The notes below the pieces were generated by a model. That model was not told where the DNA came from, did no database searches, and was given only the letters and a program-made list of their open reading frames with translations. 35,271 nt of DNA from Flavobacteriales bacterium. Its GTDB lineage: Bacteria; Bacteroidota; Bacteroidia; Palsa-965. Below, in pieces: positions 18,425 to 28,386 of the stretch. The DNA is taken from contig JBEIPA010000041.1 of assembly GCA_040377305.1 (NCBI GenBank), forward strand, positions 1-35,271, written 5' to 3'. The position numbers were made by a program, and so were the translations under genes. Position 1 is the stretch's first letter; every line of letters begins with the position of its first letter.

Positions 18425-18931
18425 ATGGGAACTGAGTTCAAAAATCTTGAAGGTGGTCCGGCAGGTGAGCGGATCAAAATGTTAGCGGAAGCAACACGTA
18501 CGTGTGCGATGATCACACGACTCGATCAACGTCCATTTCACGTTCGACCAATGGGAATTCAGAAGGTGAATGATGACGGAGCCATTTACTTTTTCAGTCA
18601 TCGCGATTCGGATAAGAACGCTGACCTGAAAGTTTCGGATGAAATGCATTTGATATTCAGTAATGAATCAAAATCGGAATACCTCAGTCTGTATGGTCAT
18701 GCGAAAGTGTACCGCGATCAGACGGAGATTAATGAAATGTATTCGCTATTTGTGAATACGTGGTTTGACGGAAAAGAAGATCCGAACATCACCATCATCC
18801 GCTTCGAGCCAAAAGAAGGTCATTACTGGGATACAAAAAACGGAAAGTTTGTTGCGCTTGCGGGAATGGTATTCGGTGCGATCACCGGGAAGGAAACGGA
18901 CAATAGTGTAGAAGGTGATTTGCGCACCTAG
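18425..18931 (+). CDS. pyridoxamine 5'-phosphate oxidase-like / general stress protein 26 family
   Basis: RPMGIQKV..DGAIYFFS, YLSLYG.A, WFDGKEDPNI..I.F.P..GHYWD. Confidence 0.85.
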   Translation: MGTEFKNLEGGPAGERIKMLAEATRTCAMITRLDQRPFHVRPMGIQKVNDDGAIYFFSHRDSDKNADLKVSDEMHLIFSNESKSEYLSLYGHAKVYRDQTEINEMYSLFVNTWFDGKEDPNITIIRFEPKEGHYWDTKNGKFVALAGMVFGAITGKETDNSVEGDLRT

Positions 18932-18933
18932 AA

Positions 18934-19695
18934 TTACGCAGGTGGCGTATGCTGTCGTAAGTACAGAGCTAAATAGATAGCCATTACATCCCACAGCATG
19001 TGAAACAGGATGAGGAATTTTATGTTCCGAAAAAAGGAATAATGAATGGCGAATAATATTCCAATGACGAATGGACCGACTACATTTTGGATAGTACCAT
19101 AGCCAAAGTGAATAAGCGCGAAGCAGAGTCCAGAGCCAATAATTGCAACAGCTTTGTTCCTGAAAAGCAATTCGAGTCGAGGCTGAAGAAATCCGCGGAA
19201 CAAAAGCTCTTCTGTTACGCCAGCGGTAATACACGTGAACACGATTAATAGGTGACGACCCGCGAAAATGTCAGTGATTGTTTGAAGCGAGCCTTCGGTG
19301 ATGAGATTCAGTTTCCGGAGGATGACGGACACGAGTGCAACCGCAAGGTAGACTGAGAATAGAGTGCCAAAAGTGAATGCGATATAGATTGGTACCGGAT
19401 GTTTTCGTTCTTCCCACAACAGCAGTTTTGTTTTCTCAATTTTATAAGCGTAATAAATGAATCCGGCAAGTAAGAACCAAAGGAGTATTCTTGAAACCAG
19501 GAAATTCGCGGCTTTGATTTCAGGTAAGGATGTGTCGAATCCGAAATACCTGAGATATGGAATCAGGCAGAGGTAGGGCAGCACGATCACGAGTACTGTG
19601 CTCAGCAGTAGTCGCTTTTTGGTCAGCGAAGATCCGTCGTGAACGGGAATCAATTTTCCAGTATTTGCTTGATCTGAATTAAAATTGGTTTCCAT
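18934..19695 (-). CDS. CPBP (Abi/CAAX protease) family intramembrane metalloprotease
   Basis: TEELLFRGF, FALIH and HMLWD motifs with multiple TM helices. Confidence 0.92.
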   Translation of the reverse strand: METNFNSDQANTGKLIPVHDGSSLTKKRLLLSTVLVIVLPYLCLIPYLRYFGFDTSLPEIKAANFLVSRILLWFLLAGFIYYAYKIEKTKLLLWEERKHPVPIYIAFTFGTLFSVYLAVALVSVILRKLNLITEGSLQTITDIFAGRHLLIVFTCITAGVTEELLFRGFLQPRLELLFRNKAVAIIGSGLCFALIHFGYGTIQNVVGPFVIGILFAIHYSFFRNIKFLILFHMLWDVMAIYLALYLRQHTPPA

Positions 19696-19716
19696 CCATC
19701 GCCATTATTTGAAACA

Positions 19717-19890
19717 TCAGTGTAGCGTTTTTCCCCCTCTGCGGCACGTTCGCCATTGCAGTGAATCGCCGACTTTATAATCGGAAACTGTTTCACGGCC
19801 GAACATGTACTTCTTTGCTTGTTCCGGATTCACAAGCGCCTTCCATACTTTTTCAACTGCTGCACTATTCGTAATGATATTGTTCACGTA
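19717..19890 (-). pseudogene. truncated SRPBCC/AHSA1-like gene remnant
   Basis: EKVWKALVNPEQAKKYMFG.ETVSDYKVGDSLQW is the N-terminal part of an AHSA1 domain; early stop and no good start. Confidence 0.65.
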
Positions 19891-20021
19891 TTCTTTGATC
19901 AAAGATAACGTTGTCCGTTGACGCAATGGACTAAGAAATACCGTCATTTGGAACATAACAGACAAACATTATTTGGAACAATCATCTTTAAATTTAACTT
20001 TATAACCTAAACCTTCACAAC

Positions 20022-20906
20022 ATGTCAACGAACATTACCAATCTTGCCTTCAAAGGAGGCGGCGTTCTCGGAATTGCTTATGCGGGAGCAATACAAGTAC
20101 TTCAGGATAAAAATATTCTCCAGCAGGTGAAGCGAGTAGCCGGCACTTCTGCAGGAGCAATTACAGCTGCATTGGTCAGCCTGAAATATACTGCCGGGGA
20201 AATTAATAGCATTGTGCAGGCTACCGATTTTAAATCGTTCGAAGATGGAATGAATCCGCTGCGTATTGCAACGAAGTACGGTTTGTATGAAGGCGATGCA
20301 TTCCTCACCTGGATGCAGCAGCAAATCACCGCCAAAGGACTTCCTGCAACCGCAACGTTTGCTGATTTTCAGGCGAAGGGCATGCTCGATCTTCACGTGT
20401 TTTCAACTGATCTCAACGCAAAAGGACTGAAAGAGTTCTCGTTTAGTACTACGCCGAATGTTGTCGTAGCAGAAGCAGTGCGGGCGTCGATGTCCATTCC
20501 GCTTTTTTTTAAAGCGTGGACATTCTCCAATAACAACCCCGACAATCATATTTATGTTGACGGTGGAATGATCTATAATTTTCCGATCACCATTTTCGAT
20601 AACGGAAGTCCGAATGAACAAACGCTAGGATTATACCTGGAAAATCTTGGTCCGGCACCTGCACCGAGTACGCTCGGGTATGATCACATCTTTCAGTACG
20701 TGCGCGACCTGTTCGATACCATGATGGATGCACAAGTGGTTGATTTCAGTAATGATCCGGAAGAGAAAAGCCGGACAATCATTATTGACAACCTCGGAAT
20801 ATCTGCAACCAATTTCGCGCTGACAAAAGATCAGCAAACGGCATTGTATAACTCAGGAGTGAAGTACGCTACGGCGTTTCTGGCGCAAGGAGTTCCTGTA
20901 GCTTAG
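20022..20906 (+). CDS. patatin-like phospholipase
   Basis: GGGVLG, GTSAG nucleophile, RASMSIP and DGG motifs. Confidence 0.93.
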   Translation: MSTNITNLAFKGGGVLGIAYAGAIQVLQDKNILQQVKRVAGTSAGAITAALVSLKYTAGEINSIVQATDFKSFEDGMNPLRIATKYGLYEGDAFLTWMQQQITAKGLPATATFADFQAKGMLDLHVFSTDLNAKGLKEFSFSTTPNVVVAEAVRASMSIPLFFKAWTFSNNNPDNHIYVDGGMIYNFPITIFDNGSPNEQTLGLYLENLGPAPAPSTLGYDHIFQYVRDLFDTMMDAQVVDFSNDPEEKSRTIIIDNLGISATNFALTKDQQTALYNSGVKYATAFLAQGVPVA

Positions 20907-20965
20907 GAATGCGGAAGGTAGATCGTGCGAAGTAGTTGGGCTCTGAACCGGTGTTCAGGTTTAAA

Positions 20966-21373
20966 CTATTTCGCACGCATTTTATTTCCGCGTGCATCGT
21001 GTGTTACTTCTGCAAGACCAAGCGCTTCCATGAGTGGAGGAACATACATTCCGAAACGTCCACGAAAACCTTTCTTCAAACCGTACCAGCCTTTCACGGG
21101 ATTTTTCGCTGAGCGCCCCCATTCTTCTACGGTTCCTTCTTTCGCCGGTTTCTGTTCATCGGCACTACCGAGTTCCATCCAATCGCCGTGCTTCTTTAAC
21201 ATGGCTTGAAGATCATCGATACAACGGGAGTCGTAGTGCAGAATGGTTTTTCCAACTGTGCAAACGAGAATTTCTTTGCCGTCTTTTTCATCAACATGCA
21301 TGGTGAAATCAGAAGACAGTGGAGGAGTCTTCAGCTTCATTGGTTTTTCTTTGGTACCGATTTTATGTTTCAT
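20966..21373 (-). CDS. conserved hypothetical protein (DUF6855-like)
   Basis: GTKEKP..LKTPP.SS, LGSADEQKPAKEGTVEEW, GWYGLKKG.RGRF; family name recalled from memory. Confidence 0.7.
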   Translation of the reverse strand: MKHKIGTKEKPMKLKTPPLSSDFTMHVDEKDGKEILVCTVGKTILHYDSRCIDDLQAMLKKHGDWMELGSADEQKPAKEGTVEEWGRSAKNPVKGWYGLKKGFRGRFGMYVPPLMEALGLAEVTHDARGNKMRAK

Positions 21374-21402
21374 TTATTGAAGGGGGTTTACATTGATAAT
21401 CA

Positions 21403-21909
21403 CTACATGCATGGACCTTTGACCATTGGTTCCGGGTCGGAATATTCCAGCTTCTTTTTATACGGGTAGAAGTATACGCCTTTCGGTCCTTCCTTCTGTG
21501 TGCCTTGTGCTTCGTATAGCTTATCACCCTTTCGCAGGAATGCAACTTCACGTGGCACGAGATGTCCTTCCATTACAGCCTGATAAATGATCCAGAGCGT
21601 GTCGCCATGAAAGTTGCCGGTGAATTCTCCTTTGACACCGTCTTTGCCGTCAATTCCCCAGCGGAAATTTCCCCAGACGCTATCAAGCACGATGGTGATT
21701 TCAATTGACTTGTGCTCGTCGCCTTGATCAAATCGATAACATTCGTTGATCACTTCCGGCATTCCGTGCTCCTCGTGTACAGAATCGGGTGGAGGAATTA
21801 ATACCTCGTAACGCGGAGCCTCGGAATCCGCTTTCGGTTTTTGCTCATCGCCACCACAGCTGAAAAGTGCATAGGTGAAGAATAGTGAGAGCGAAAGATA
21901 TTTTTTCAT
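21403..21909 (-). CDS. lipoprotein of unknown function
   Basis: MKKY...ALFSC lipobox. Confidence 0.8.
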   Translation of the reverse strand: MKKYLSLSLFFTYALFSCGGDEQKPKADSEAPRYEVLIPPPDSVHEEHGMPEVINECYRFDQGDEHKSIEITIVLDSVWGNFRWGIDGKDGVKGEFTGNFHGDTLWIIYQAVMEGHLVPREVAFLRKGDKLYEAQGTQKEGPKGVYFYPYKKKLEYSDPEPMVKGPCM

Positions 21910-21927
21910 GAAGAAAGGAAATGTGTG

Positions 21928-22719
21928 TTATTCGCCCTCTCCATCGGAAGGAACCGGTTCTGTAAACTGAACGGGTGGTGTTGCTTTGGTGTAGTTTCCG
22001 CAGAGATCCATAAACACAAATGTTACTTCGAATTTATCTTCAGTAACGGCGTATGGATTTCCGCCTCCAAAATCAAATTCTCCGGAGCACATGCTATGAC
22101 CAACCCCGATCTGACTGGAGATACCAGAAAGAATGTACGTGGTGGATTTTCCTGTCGTAAGATTTTTCACCGTTGTCCGCACAAGTATTTCTGAAGAATC
22201 TTTAACCGGGCAATCGAACATCACCATTTTCTGCGGACCGCAGCCGAATGCGATATACTGTTTATCGATTTCAACCGGATTTCGTTCTATCACAGGAGCA
22301 ACTGAATCTGAAAAGGATGAAGCAACAAACGTAATTGGAATGCGTTTGCGTGTGATGTAATCGTATTTTTCAATTTTTTCGTGAACAGGAAGATTATCAA
22401 TTTTGAGTGTGTAAGTCACACCCGTCTCCAGTGGAAATTCAGGACGCATCAGAGCCTGTGTTAATTGGAATTCACCAACCAGAATTTCTTTCACCAGCAG
22501 TACAATTTTCTTGTTGTCTGCAATGAGATAGATGGGATACTGCTTGTTCAATCCATTGATGATCTTTTGACTACTGCCATAACCCTCGAGAAGGAACAAT
22601 CCATTTTTCGGAACAGTGTCTGTTGTTGGAAATATACTTAGGTAGTTGGATGAACAGTCGGCTTTGATTTCGTTTAAACCAACAATCAACGAAATCGCGA
22701 AAAGAAAGTATCTCAGCAT
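21928..22719 (-). CDS. secreted hypothetical protein
   Basis: Signal peptide (..EIKA/DC), Cys-containing beta-rich body. Confidence 0.8.
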   Translation of the reverse strand: MLRYFLFAISLIVGLNEIKADCSSNYLSIFPTTDTVPKNGLFLLEGYGSSQKIINGLNKQYPIYLIADNKKIVLLVKEILVGEFQLTQALMRPEFPLETGVTYTLKIDNLPVHEKIEKYDYITRKRIPITFVASSFSDSVAPVIERNPVEIDKQYIAFGCGPQKMVMFDCPVKDSSEILVRTTVKNLTTGKSTTYILSGISSQIGVGHSMCSGEFDFGGGNPYAVTEDKFEVTFVFMDLCGNYTKATPPVQFTEPVPSDGEGE

Positions 22720-22762
22720 AAAGCCAAGTTAAGGAATTTGCCCATTGTGTGAATACGGATTT

Positions 22763-23389
22763 TCATTTATCGGACTTGAAATAGCCGAGGTACCATTCGT
22801 GCTGATCAAAGTCCTTCGCAGCTTCGTTCACCTGATGAGTGGGGTCAAGAAGCGAGTACAAAATTTCCAACGACTCAAATTCTCTCCAGCTGATGATTTT
22901 GTATCCGGCACGATGCAACTGAGCACCACACACGCCCATTCCAATTTGATACTTTTTGTTTTCATCATAGCGGTTACCATCATAGGTGACATGATTTCCG
23001 CAGGCGGCACTTACATCCATCATAATTGCCAACTCGATATCATGAGTTCGCGCAGTCTCCAGCATTTTTTCGGAGGCCGCGATCATTCCCGCTGTCCAAT
23101 CCTTTCCCGAAGGTGTGAGCACTTTCGCGCGCCCTTCGAGCACATCCAGTCCATGACCACCATATATATCGCACATCTCTCGCGGTGTTCCGAATGAAAA
23201 ATCTTCCGGACAAAACTGAATGAATTTTATGTTGTCGTACTGGAGCAATTTTAAGACACTTTGATATTCTCCATTGTCATTGCCGTCAATGCCGCATTTC
23301 ACTCCGAGCAGGCACGCGCTAACAAGGACTCTCAGTGGATTCTCTCTGGTGGGCTTCCGCAGATTCCGGAGATAGTTTTTATCGGGTAT
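22763..23389 (-). CDS. DUF523 / 2-thiouracil desulfurase family protein
   Basis: Frame extends upstream of the annotated GTG to include VLVSACLLGVKCG; FCPE...GTPRE and SAACG cysteine motifs; start uncertain (ATA at 23389). Confidence 0.8.
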   Translation of the reverse strand: MPDKNYLRNLRKPTRENPLRVLVSACLLGVKCGIDGNDNGEYQSVLKLLQYDNIKFIQFCPEDFSFGTPREMCDIYGGHGLDVLEGRAKVLTPSGKDWTAGMIAASEKMLETARTHDIELAIMMDVSAACGNHVTYDGNRYDENKKYQIGMGVCGAQLHRAGYKIISWREFESLEILYSLLDPTHQVNEAAKDFDQHEWYLGYFKSDK

Positions 23390-23414
23390 AATGATCTATT
23401 TATTACAAAAAGTT

Positions 23415-23795
23415 TTACGCTCCTGAATGCATATCAGCAATTGCAACTACGTCCCACACCTGCATGAATAAATTTCGTCCGCCGGCCGGATTGTATTTTC
23501 CGTAACGCGACTCAGCGAGTTCCATTGCAGGTTTGGTTTCTGCTCCGTGTTGGATCAACAGTTTTGCAACTTCAGCATGTGCTCTAAGATCAGCATCTTC
23601 CAGGAGATTATCCGAAATGCAAAACATTACGAGTCGCAGCGGTGTGTATGGTTGATTCCTGCGTTCAGATTCCGCCATTCCAACAAACGTTTCGTAATTG
23701 GGATTCGCGCCTTGCTCCAAACAGGTTTTCACCTCGCTTACTTTGTGATAAGTAACCGCCAGAATCAATTGATCGTTAAGCGCGGTTTGAGACAC
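23415..23795 (-). CDS. small ankyrin-repeat-like protein
   Basis: VKTCLEQGANPN, YTPL, VAKLLIQHGA. Confidence 0.7.
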   Translation of the reverse strand: MSQTALNDQLILAVTYHKVSEVKTCLEQGANPNYETFVGMAESERRNQPYTPLRLVMFCISDNLLEDADLRAHAEVAKLLIQHGAETKPAMELAESRYGKYNPAGGRNLFMQVWDVVAIADMHSGA

Positions 23796-23881
23796 GGGTG
23801 TTATTTACTAAGGTGAGTTTCGATGTGCTGCGTTAACCGGGACTTCAGCGTTTCAGGATACTCTGTCAGATCACTGCCGAA

Positions 23882-24301
23882 TCAGCCTTGTGTCAGCGAG
23901 TGGAAGATCGCATCGAAGTGTCCGGCTGTTTCGTCATTGAGCCTTTTGGATGTACTGGAAAGCGGAAACCCTACTGTACCGCGGGTTGGGTGCTGTACTG
24001 CAAGATCTTCACCGTACTTGTCAGAAAAAAGCACCCAGCGGAAACCAGCTTTGTCAACGAAATACTGTCCGAATGCTGCACCGAACATATTAACGAGATC
24101 ACTTCTTTCCAGTTCGCCCGATTGCATTTCACTCAGACCAATCTGAAAATAGATGTCGAGAGTTTTTAGATCGGGAACCTCCGTGAGTACGTTCCCCGTT
24201 TTTTTATCAATATATATTTTTAGTTCCTGCACCTGTGATGCAATCCAGTCGTTGGCATCCTGGTCTGTTACGGTGATTGAATGATCTGAGGAAATGCTCA
24301 T
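23882..24301 (-). CDS. hypothetical protein (DUF3806-like)
   Basis: FGAAFGQYF....GFRWV..SDKYGEDLAV...FPLS pattern. Confidence 0.65.
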   Translation of the reverse strand: MSISSDHSITVTDQDANDWIASQVQELKIYIDKKTGNVLTEVPDLKTLDIYFQIGLSEMQSGELERSDLVNMFGAAFGQYFVDKAGFRWVLFSDKYGEDLAVQHPTRGTVGFPLSSTSKRLNDETAGHFDAIFHSLTQG

Positions 24302-24325
24302 TGTAATGCTATTTAAATTTCAGTC

Positions 24326-25396
24326 TTAAAATTTATAGAACCATGTACACATTGGAAGTGGGAACGAAGTGTTCCGGGATTCTCTGAACATGGAAACACC
24401 TGCGATTGAAACCTGAAATGCTTTGCGGTCTGTACTTTGAAAGCGCATGCCAGGCATGATGAACAACGCGGTAGTTAAGCGGCGTTCGTTGGTTACCACA
24501 AATTTGTTCACGGCCGGAGTATATGGATTAGTGGTATAATCGGGCGGCGAGATTTGGGTCGTTTCTACATTATTTGATACACCTGAAAAAACACCAATCA
24601 TGGAGTCAAAAACGAAACTGGCTTTCGCGCCGACTTTAATAATTCCGGCAATTGAAAATATCGGTCCTTTGGTTAGGGGAAGAAGTCCAGTGTGATTCGG
24701 AATAGTCTCGTAAGAATATTCACCATAATACGTTCCTTCTTCATACATGAACTGACTTCCTCCCGCTTGTATGTATGCATAACCAGCTGCAAATGTCATA
24801 TTGGTCTTTCGCGTTCCGAAGGTCACATTCGCGAAGTGAAGGCCGCCAAATCCGCGAAAATTGTTGAGGTATCCGGATGATCCCATCAGTGTTCCAACAG
24901 AAAAATTCAGTTTTTCATTTTTTGTTGGAATGGAATACTTGGCGGCGGCTATCATGGGACTACCGATCCAGGTGGTCATAACTCCCAGCGAAAAGCGATC
25001 GCTGAGCGCGAAATGTACTTCCGGTCCGTACAGATTTACCAGCGCGTAGTCTTCTCCCTTTTTTATCGGCAGTGCATTCGTGGTAAAGCAATACCGTGTA
25101 GTAAACGGACCTGCCGCCTGATATTCACCACCCACGATCGCTGATTTATCCTCGATCTTCTTCATGCTCTTGATCTCCGATTTAGGGATGTAGATTTTTC
25201 CGAGGGCTTCGGTTTCAATCAACACTTCACGACCATCATCGCTTAAAATGGTTCCGATGTATTCGGTTCCATCGTGTTTGGTAATTACATAGAGCTGGGT
25301 TGAGGCAACAGTGGTATCCGTTGTAGTTGTCTGAGCACTCAACGCATTAGAAAACAGGATGAAAAATAGGGCGCTAAAAATCAGTAGAGGCTTCAT
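24326..25396 (-). CDS. secreted / outer-membrane hypothetical protein
   Basis: Signal peptide, small N-terminal domain, amphipathic beta strands, C-terminal WFYKF. Confidence 0.8.
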   Translation of the reverse strand: MKPLLIFSALFFILFSNALSAQTTTTDTTVASTQLYVITKHDGTEYIGTILSDDGREVLIETEALGKIYIPKSEIKSMKKIEDKSAIVGGEYQAAGPFTTRYCFTTNALPIKKGEDYALVNLYGPEVHFALSDRFSLGVMTTWIGSPMIAAAKYSIPTKNEKLNFSVGTLMGSSGYLNNFRGFGGLHFANVTFGTRKTNMTFAAGYAYIQAGGSQFMYEEGTYYGEYSYETIPNHTGLLPLTKGPIFSIAGIIKVGAKASFVFDSMIGVFSGVSNNVETTQISPPDYTTNPYTPAVNKFVVTNERRLTTALFIMPGMRFQSTDRKAFQVSIAGVSMFRESRNTSFPLPMCTWFYKF

Positions 25397-25579
25397 GAGG
25401 GCAAGTTATCTATTTAACCTCACGAACGGAAGCAGGTGGTAATAATAGACACAGGATATTCCCGGAAATATGGGATACGAGACACCTTCTAAGAGTTGGA
25501 CGTTGAGGATCACTGGAGGAGTAGAGTAGGCACAAATGTTTCCCTGAAGTGGGTAAGCCATCAGGGAGTCAAACCGACA

Positions 25580-26158
25580 TTAGTGTTTCGTCGATTTCTT
25601 TTTTTCAAGTCGTTTAAAGCCAAAAAATATAAGTCCGCCGCAAAGAAGAAGACCAACGATCGCAGGAATTAAAATTGATTTTCCTGCGTCACCCGCATTC
25701 TGAATGCTCCAGACCACTTTACCCGTGGCCATCAACGCAACTACACCCAGACCTATAAACAAGCTTCGCTTCCAGAATGCGAGTCCCAAAGCAATGAACG
25801 AAGCGGGCACGGTGATAATCAGCAGTATTTTCTTAGCGTCCCATTCACCGTAGAGCCAATCTTTTTCAAACTGCAGAAAGTATTTAACGTTGTCTGTTAC
25901 TGCATCCGGTCGCGAAAACCAGAACATACTGGTAAATAGACAGAATATGATTATTGAAATTCCCGACCAACTACGCTTATATGCAAAAAAGCAAAATGGT
26001 ATTAAGAATACGGGTCGGATATACCAACTCCACTGGTTATGATGTCTGTCAAACACCCAATCAAAGAATGCCTGATTTGTCATTGACATAACCAGAAAGA
26101 CTACTGTCAATGCAAAGAATACGAGTGCAACTATATTGTCTTTATTTAATGCTTTCAC
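25580..26158 (-). CDS. integral membrane hypothetical protein
   Basis: About 6 hydrophobic segments; RHHNQWSWYIRP. Confidence 0.8.
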   Translation of the reverse strand: MKALNKDNIVALVFFALTVVFLVMSMTNQAFFDWVFDRHHNQWSWYIRPVFLIPFCFFAYKRSWSGISIIIFCLFTSMFWFSRPDAVTDNVKYFLQFEKDWLYGEWDAKKILLIITVPASFIALGLAFWKRSLFIGLGVVALMATGKVVWSIQNAGDAGKSILIPAIVGLLLCGGLIFFGFKRLEKKKSTKH

Positions 26159-26251
26159 GTTTTACTCTTTTAAGACGGGCACTAGTGAGTTTTCTGATTC
26201 TTACATTGATCGTTAGCTGCAGTGCTCTGCAAATATTAAATGTTTACAGGG

Positions 26252-26755
26252 TTATGCATACAGGAACTGCTCATCGCCTTCCGCCATCTTCCGGATATTC
26301 TGCAAAACGCGTTTCATGTAAATCCTCCAAAATGTTTTTGTGAACAACCAATTCAACGGATAGAACAAGGCAGTGTCCGATTGCAAAGTGTACGTGTACT
26401 TGATCGAAATTTTGTTGGGCTCAAGTTCGGTGGTTTCCCATTCACCGGTGAATTTAGAAAAGCCCAGCATCCATGCCTGGAAATTGCTCACTTCGATTTT
26501 CCAATATTTGTTTTCGATTCGTTCAATCACTGTGTCATTGGAAGCCCAGCCTCCTTTTTGCGATAGTGATTTTGCAACGAATACCTTTTTTGAAGATCCT
26601 GGCTTTCCCCAGTGCTCGTCTTCCGTGCAATGCGTTACTCTTGGCATAACGCCGTAACCGGTATGAACTTTAGTTATATCGCAAAGCATTGGAGCTTTGA
26701 ATGCGCGTTCCAGCGAACAGTTGAATGTGGTACTGACTTTTGTTTTAAAGTTCAT
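26252..26755 (-). CDS. SRPBCC / polyketide cyclase-like protein
   Basis: 167-aa helix-grip-like pattern (CSLERAF, FTGEW, IKYTY, long C-terminal helix). Confidence 0.65.
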   Translation of the reverse strand: MNFKTKVSTTFNCSLERAFKAPMLCDITKVHTGYGVMPRVTHCTEDEHWGKPGSSKKVFVAKSLSQKGGWASNDTVIERIENKYWKIEVSNFQAWMLGFSKFTGEWETTELEPNKISIKYTYTLQSDTALFYPLNWLFTKTFWRIYMKRVLQNIRKMAEGDEQFLYA

Positions 26756-26797
26756 TGGAAGATGCGTGAAACTGTTCGTTCATGATGTTCGAATGAT

Positions 26798-27190
26798 TTA
26801 CGACAAAATGAATTCAATATGTTCGTGATCGCGGGTAATTTCCACAATGTCGTCGAATAATGTAGAGCCTTCTCCGTTTTTTGCATGTGCAATTGTTTCT
26901 TCCACATGTGGAATATTATCCGGATGACAGGTAGTGAGCATCTTTTCGAGATAAGGGATGGTTGCATTCCAGCCTAAATCGGTTTTGCTTTTTTCAGAGT
27001 TGATCCAAGTCAATGTAAAAGGCTCCTGATATTCAAGCACTCCAAATCCTCCACGCAAAACGTCGTTGTATGCATCGAGATTTCTTCCGATTTTCCAGTC
27101 AAGTCCTTTGGTCAGATTGCGTTCGACTTCGTCGTAAAATCCGGCGAGATCTGCAAAGTTGTTACCGTCGAGAGTAATAGCCTTTTTCAT
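26798..27190 (-). CDS. barstar family (ribonuclease inhibitor-like) protein
   Basis: ITLDGNNF.DL.GFYDE, GRNLDAYNDVLRGGFG, LTW.NSEKSK. Confidence 0.85.
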   Translation of the reverse strand: MKKAITLDGNNFADLAGFYDEVERNLTKGLDWKIGRNLDAYNDVLRGGFGVLEYQEPFTLTWINSEKSKTDLGWNATIPYLEKMLTTCHPDNIPHVEETIAHAKNGEGSTLFDDIVEITRDHEHIEFILS

Positions 27191-27259
27191 TGAAAAATTG
27201 ACTGGGTTCAGTTGTTGATCGTGATTTACGAAAGAGTAACTTTGAATAAAATTACACTA

Positions 27260-27784
27260 TTGAACGCAGAAGCAAAACGCATTGAGGATTATCCTTTTCT
27301 CGAAAACACTGGTGAGATGGGCGACCTCATTCTGAAATACGACTGGTCGAAAACCTGTCTTGGTCCATTAGATCAGTGGCCGGTAAGTTTGCGTATTACG
27401 CTTGGCAATATTCTGCATTCGGGATTTCCGATGTTTTTGTGGTGGGGAGAAGATATGTTGTGTTTTTATAACGAAGCTTATCGTCCAAGCCTTGGGGAAA
27501 ACGGAAGGCATCCTGGTATAGGAAAAAAGGCGATCGCAATGTGGGGCGATATCTGGCATGTGATTGGTCCACAGATACAACAGGTAATGCTTACGCGCAA
27601 ATCAGTGACGTTTGAGGATCAGTTGGTACCATTTCATCGTAACGGTAAAATGGAAGAGATCTATTGGACATACACCTACAGCCCCGCTTATGGAGAAGGT
27701 GATAAAATATTCGGTGTGCTCGTCACGTGCATGGAAACGACGAAGGCAGTTCTCGCCCGTAAAGACAAAGAAGAGAAAGCATAA
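27260..27784 (+). CDS. stand-alone PAS-fold protein (N-terminus of a sensor kinase type)
   Basis: GEMG..I..YDWSKT.LGP.DQWP.SLR, FPMFLWWG, FYNEAY, EEIYWTYTYSP; no kinase domain follows; start uncertain. Confidence 0.75.
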   Translation: MNAEAKRIEDYPFLENTGEMGDLILKYDWSKTCLGPLDQWPVSLRITLGNILHSGFPMFLWWGEDMLCFYNEAYRPSLGENGRHPGIGKKAIAMWGDIWHVIGPQIQQVMLTRKSVTFEDQLVPFHRNGKMEEIYWTYTYSPAYGEGDKIFGVLVTCMETTKAVLARKDKEEKA

Positions 27785-27822
27785 CTCCCCGTATACTTTT
27801 ATTCCAGAGACAGAAAAACCAG

Positions 27823-28386
27823 TTAGCTGTTGGTCGTGCCGGCTTGCTGAACCAAATACTGTTTGTACTGTTCCCTGTTCCAGCGATAGGTTATCATTAC
27901 ACAACCTGCCACAAGGATGCTGTAGATCAGCGGTGCGCTGTGTATGTTCTTGTAAGATTCAGTGTAGTTAATCAGCAGCCACATGATTGTTGAAACAAGG
28001 CCGGCAAAAACCAGGCAGCGTGTCATTACATGACCCATGTAGTGATTGAATCGGTTCAGGTCTTTTGGGAATTTATAGAAAATTGAAGTCCAGTTTTCTT
28101 TCTGTCCATGATACGTGTACGCAACAATATTGCTGAAGGTGTACCCACTTTGCTTTGGCAGAAGACTTCTTGTTTTGAAAGTGGCGAGATACGATGTGTA
28201 AATAACATACACCGTGAGAAGGCTCAGGATCAAAAGCAATGGCGTCCACGATAAACCGAATAAGGAGACCAATGGATTTGCTTCATTACTTAGATCGGGT
28301 GTGAGTTGGTTGGTGCAATAAGCGTCGTAGCTTCTCGAGAATAAAATCCAGATTGTAGTAGCAGCGAATTTTTGGGACTTCGTCAT
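27823..28386 (-). CDS. membrane hypothetical protein
   Basis: Several TM segments; D..T and EANPL motifs. Confidence 0.75.
   Translation of the reverse strand: MTKSQKFAATTIWILFSRSYDAYCTNQLTPDLSNEANPLVSLFGLSWTPLLLILSLLTVYVIYTSYLATFKTRSLLPKQSGYTFSNIVAYTYHGQKENWTSIFYKFPKDLNRFNHYMGHVMTRCLVFAGLVSTIMWLLINYTESYKNIHSAPLIYSILVAGCVMITYRWNREQYKQYLVQQAGTTNS

Noticed and set aside
20022-20906. CBASS defence system
   Set aside because: Patatin present but no CD-NTase or Cap2/Cap3 neighbours
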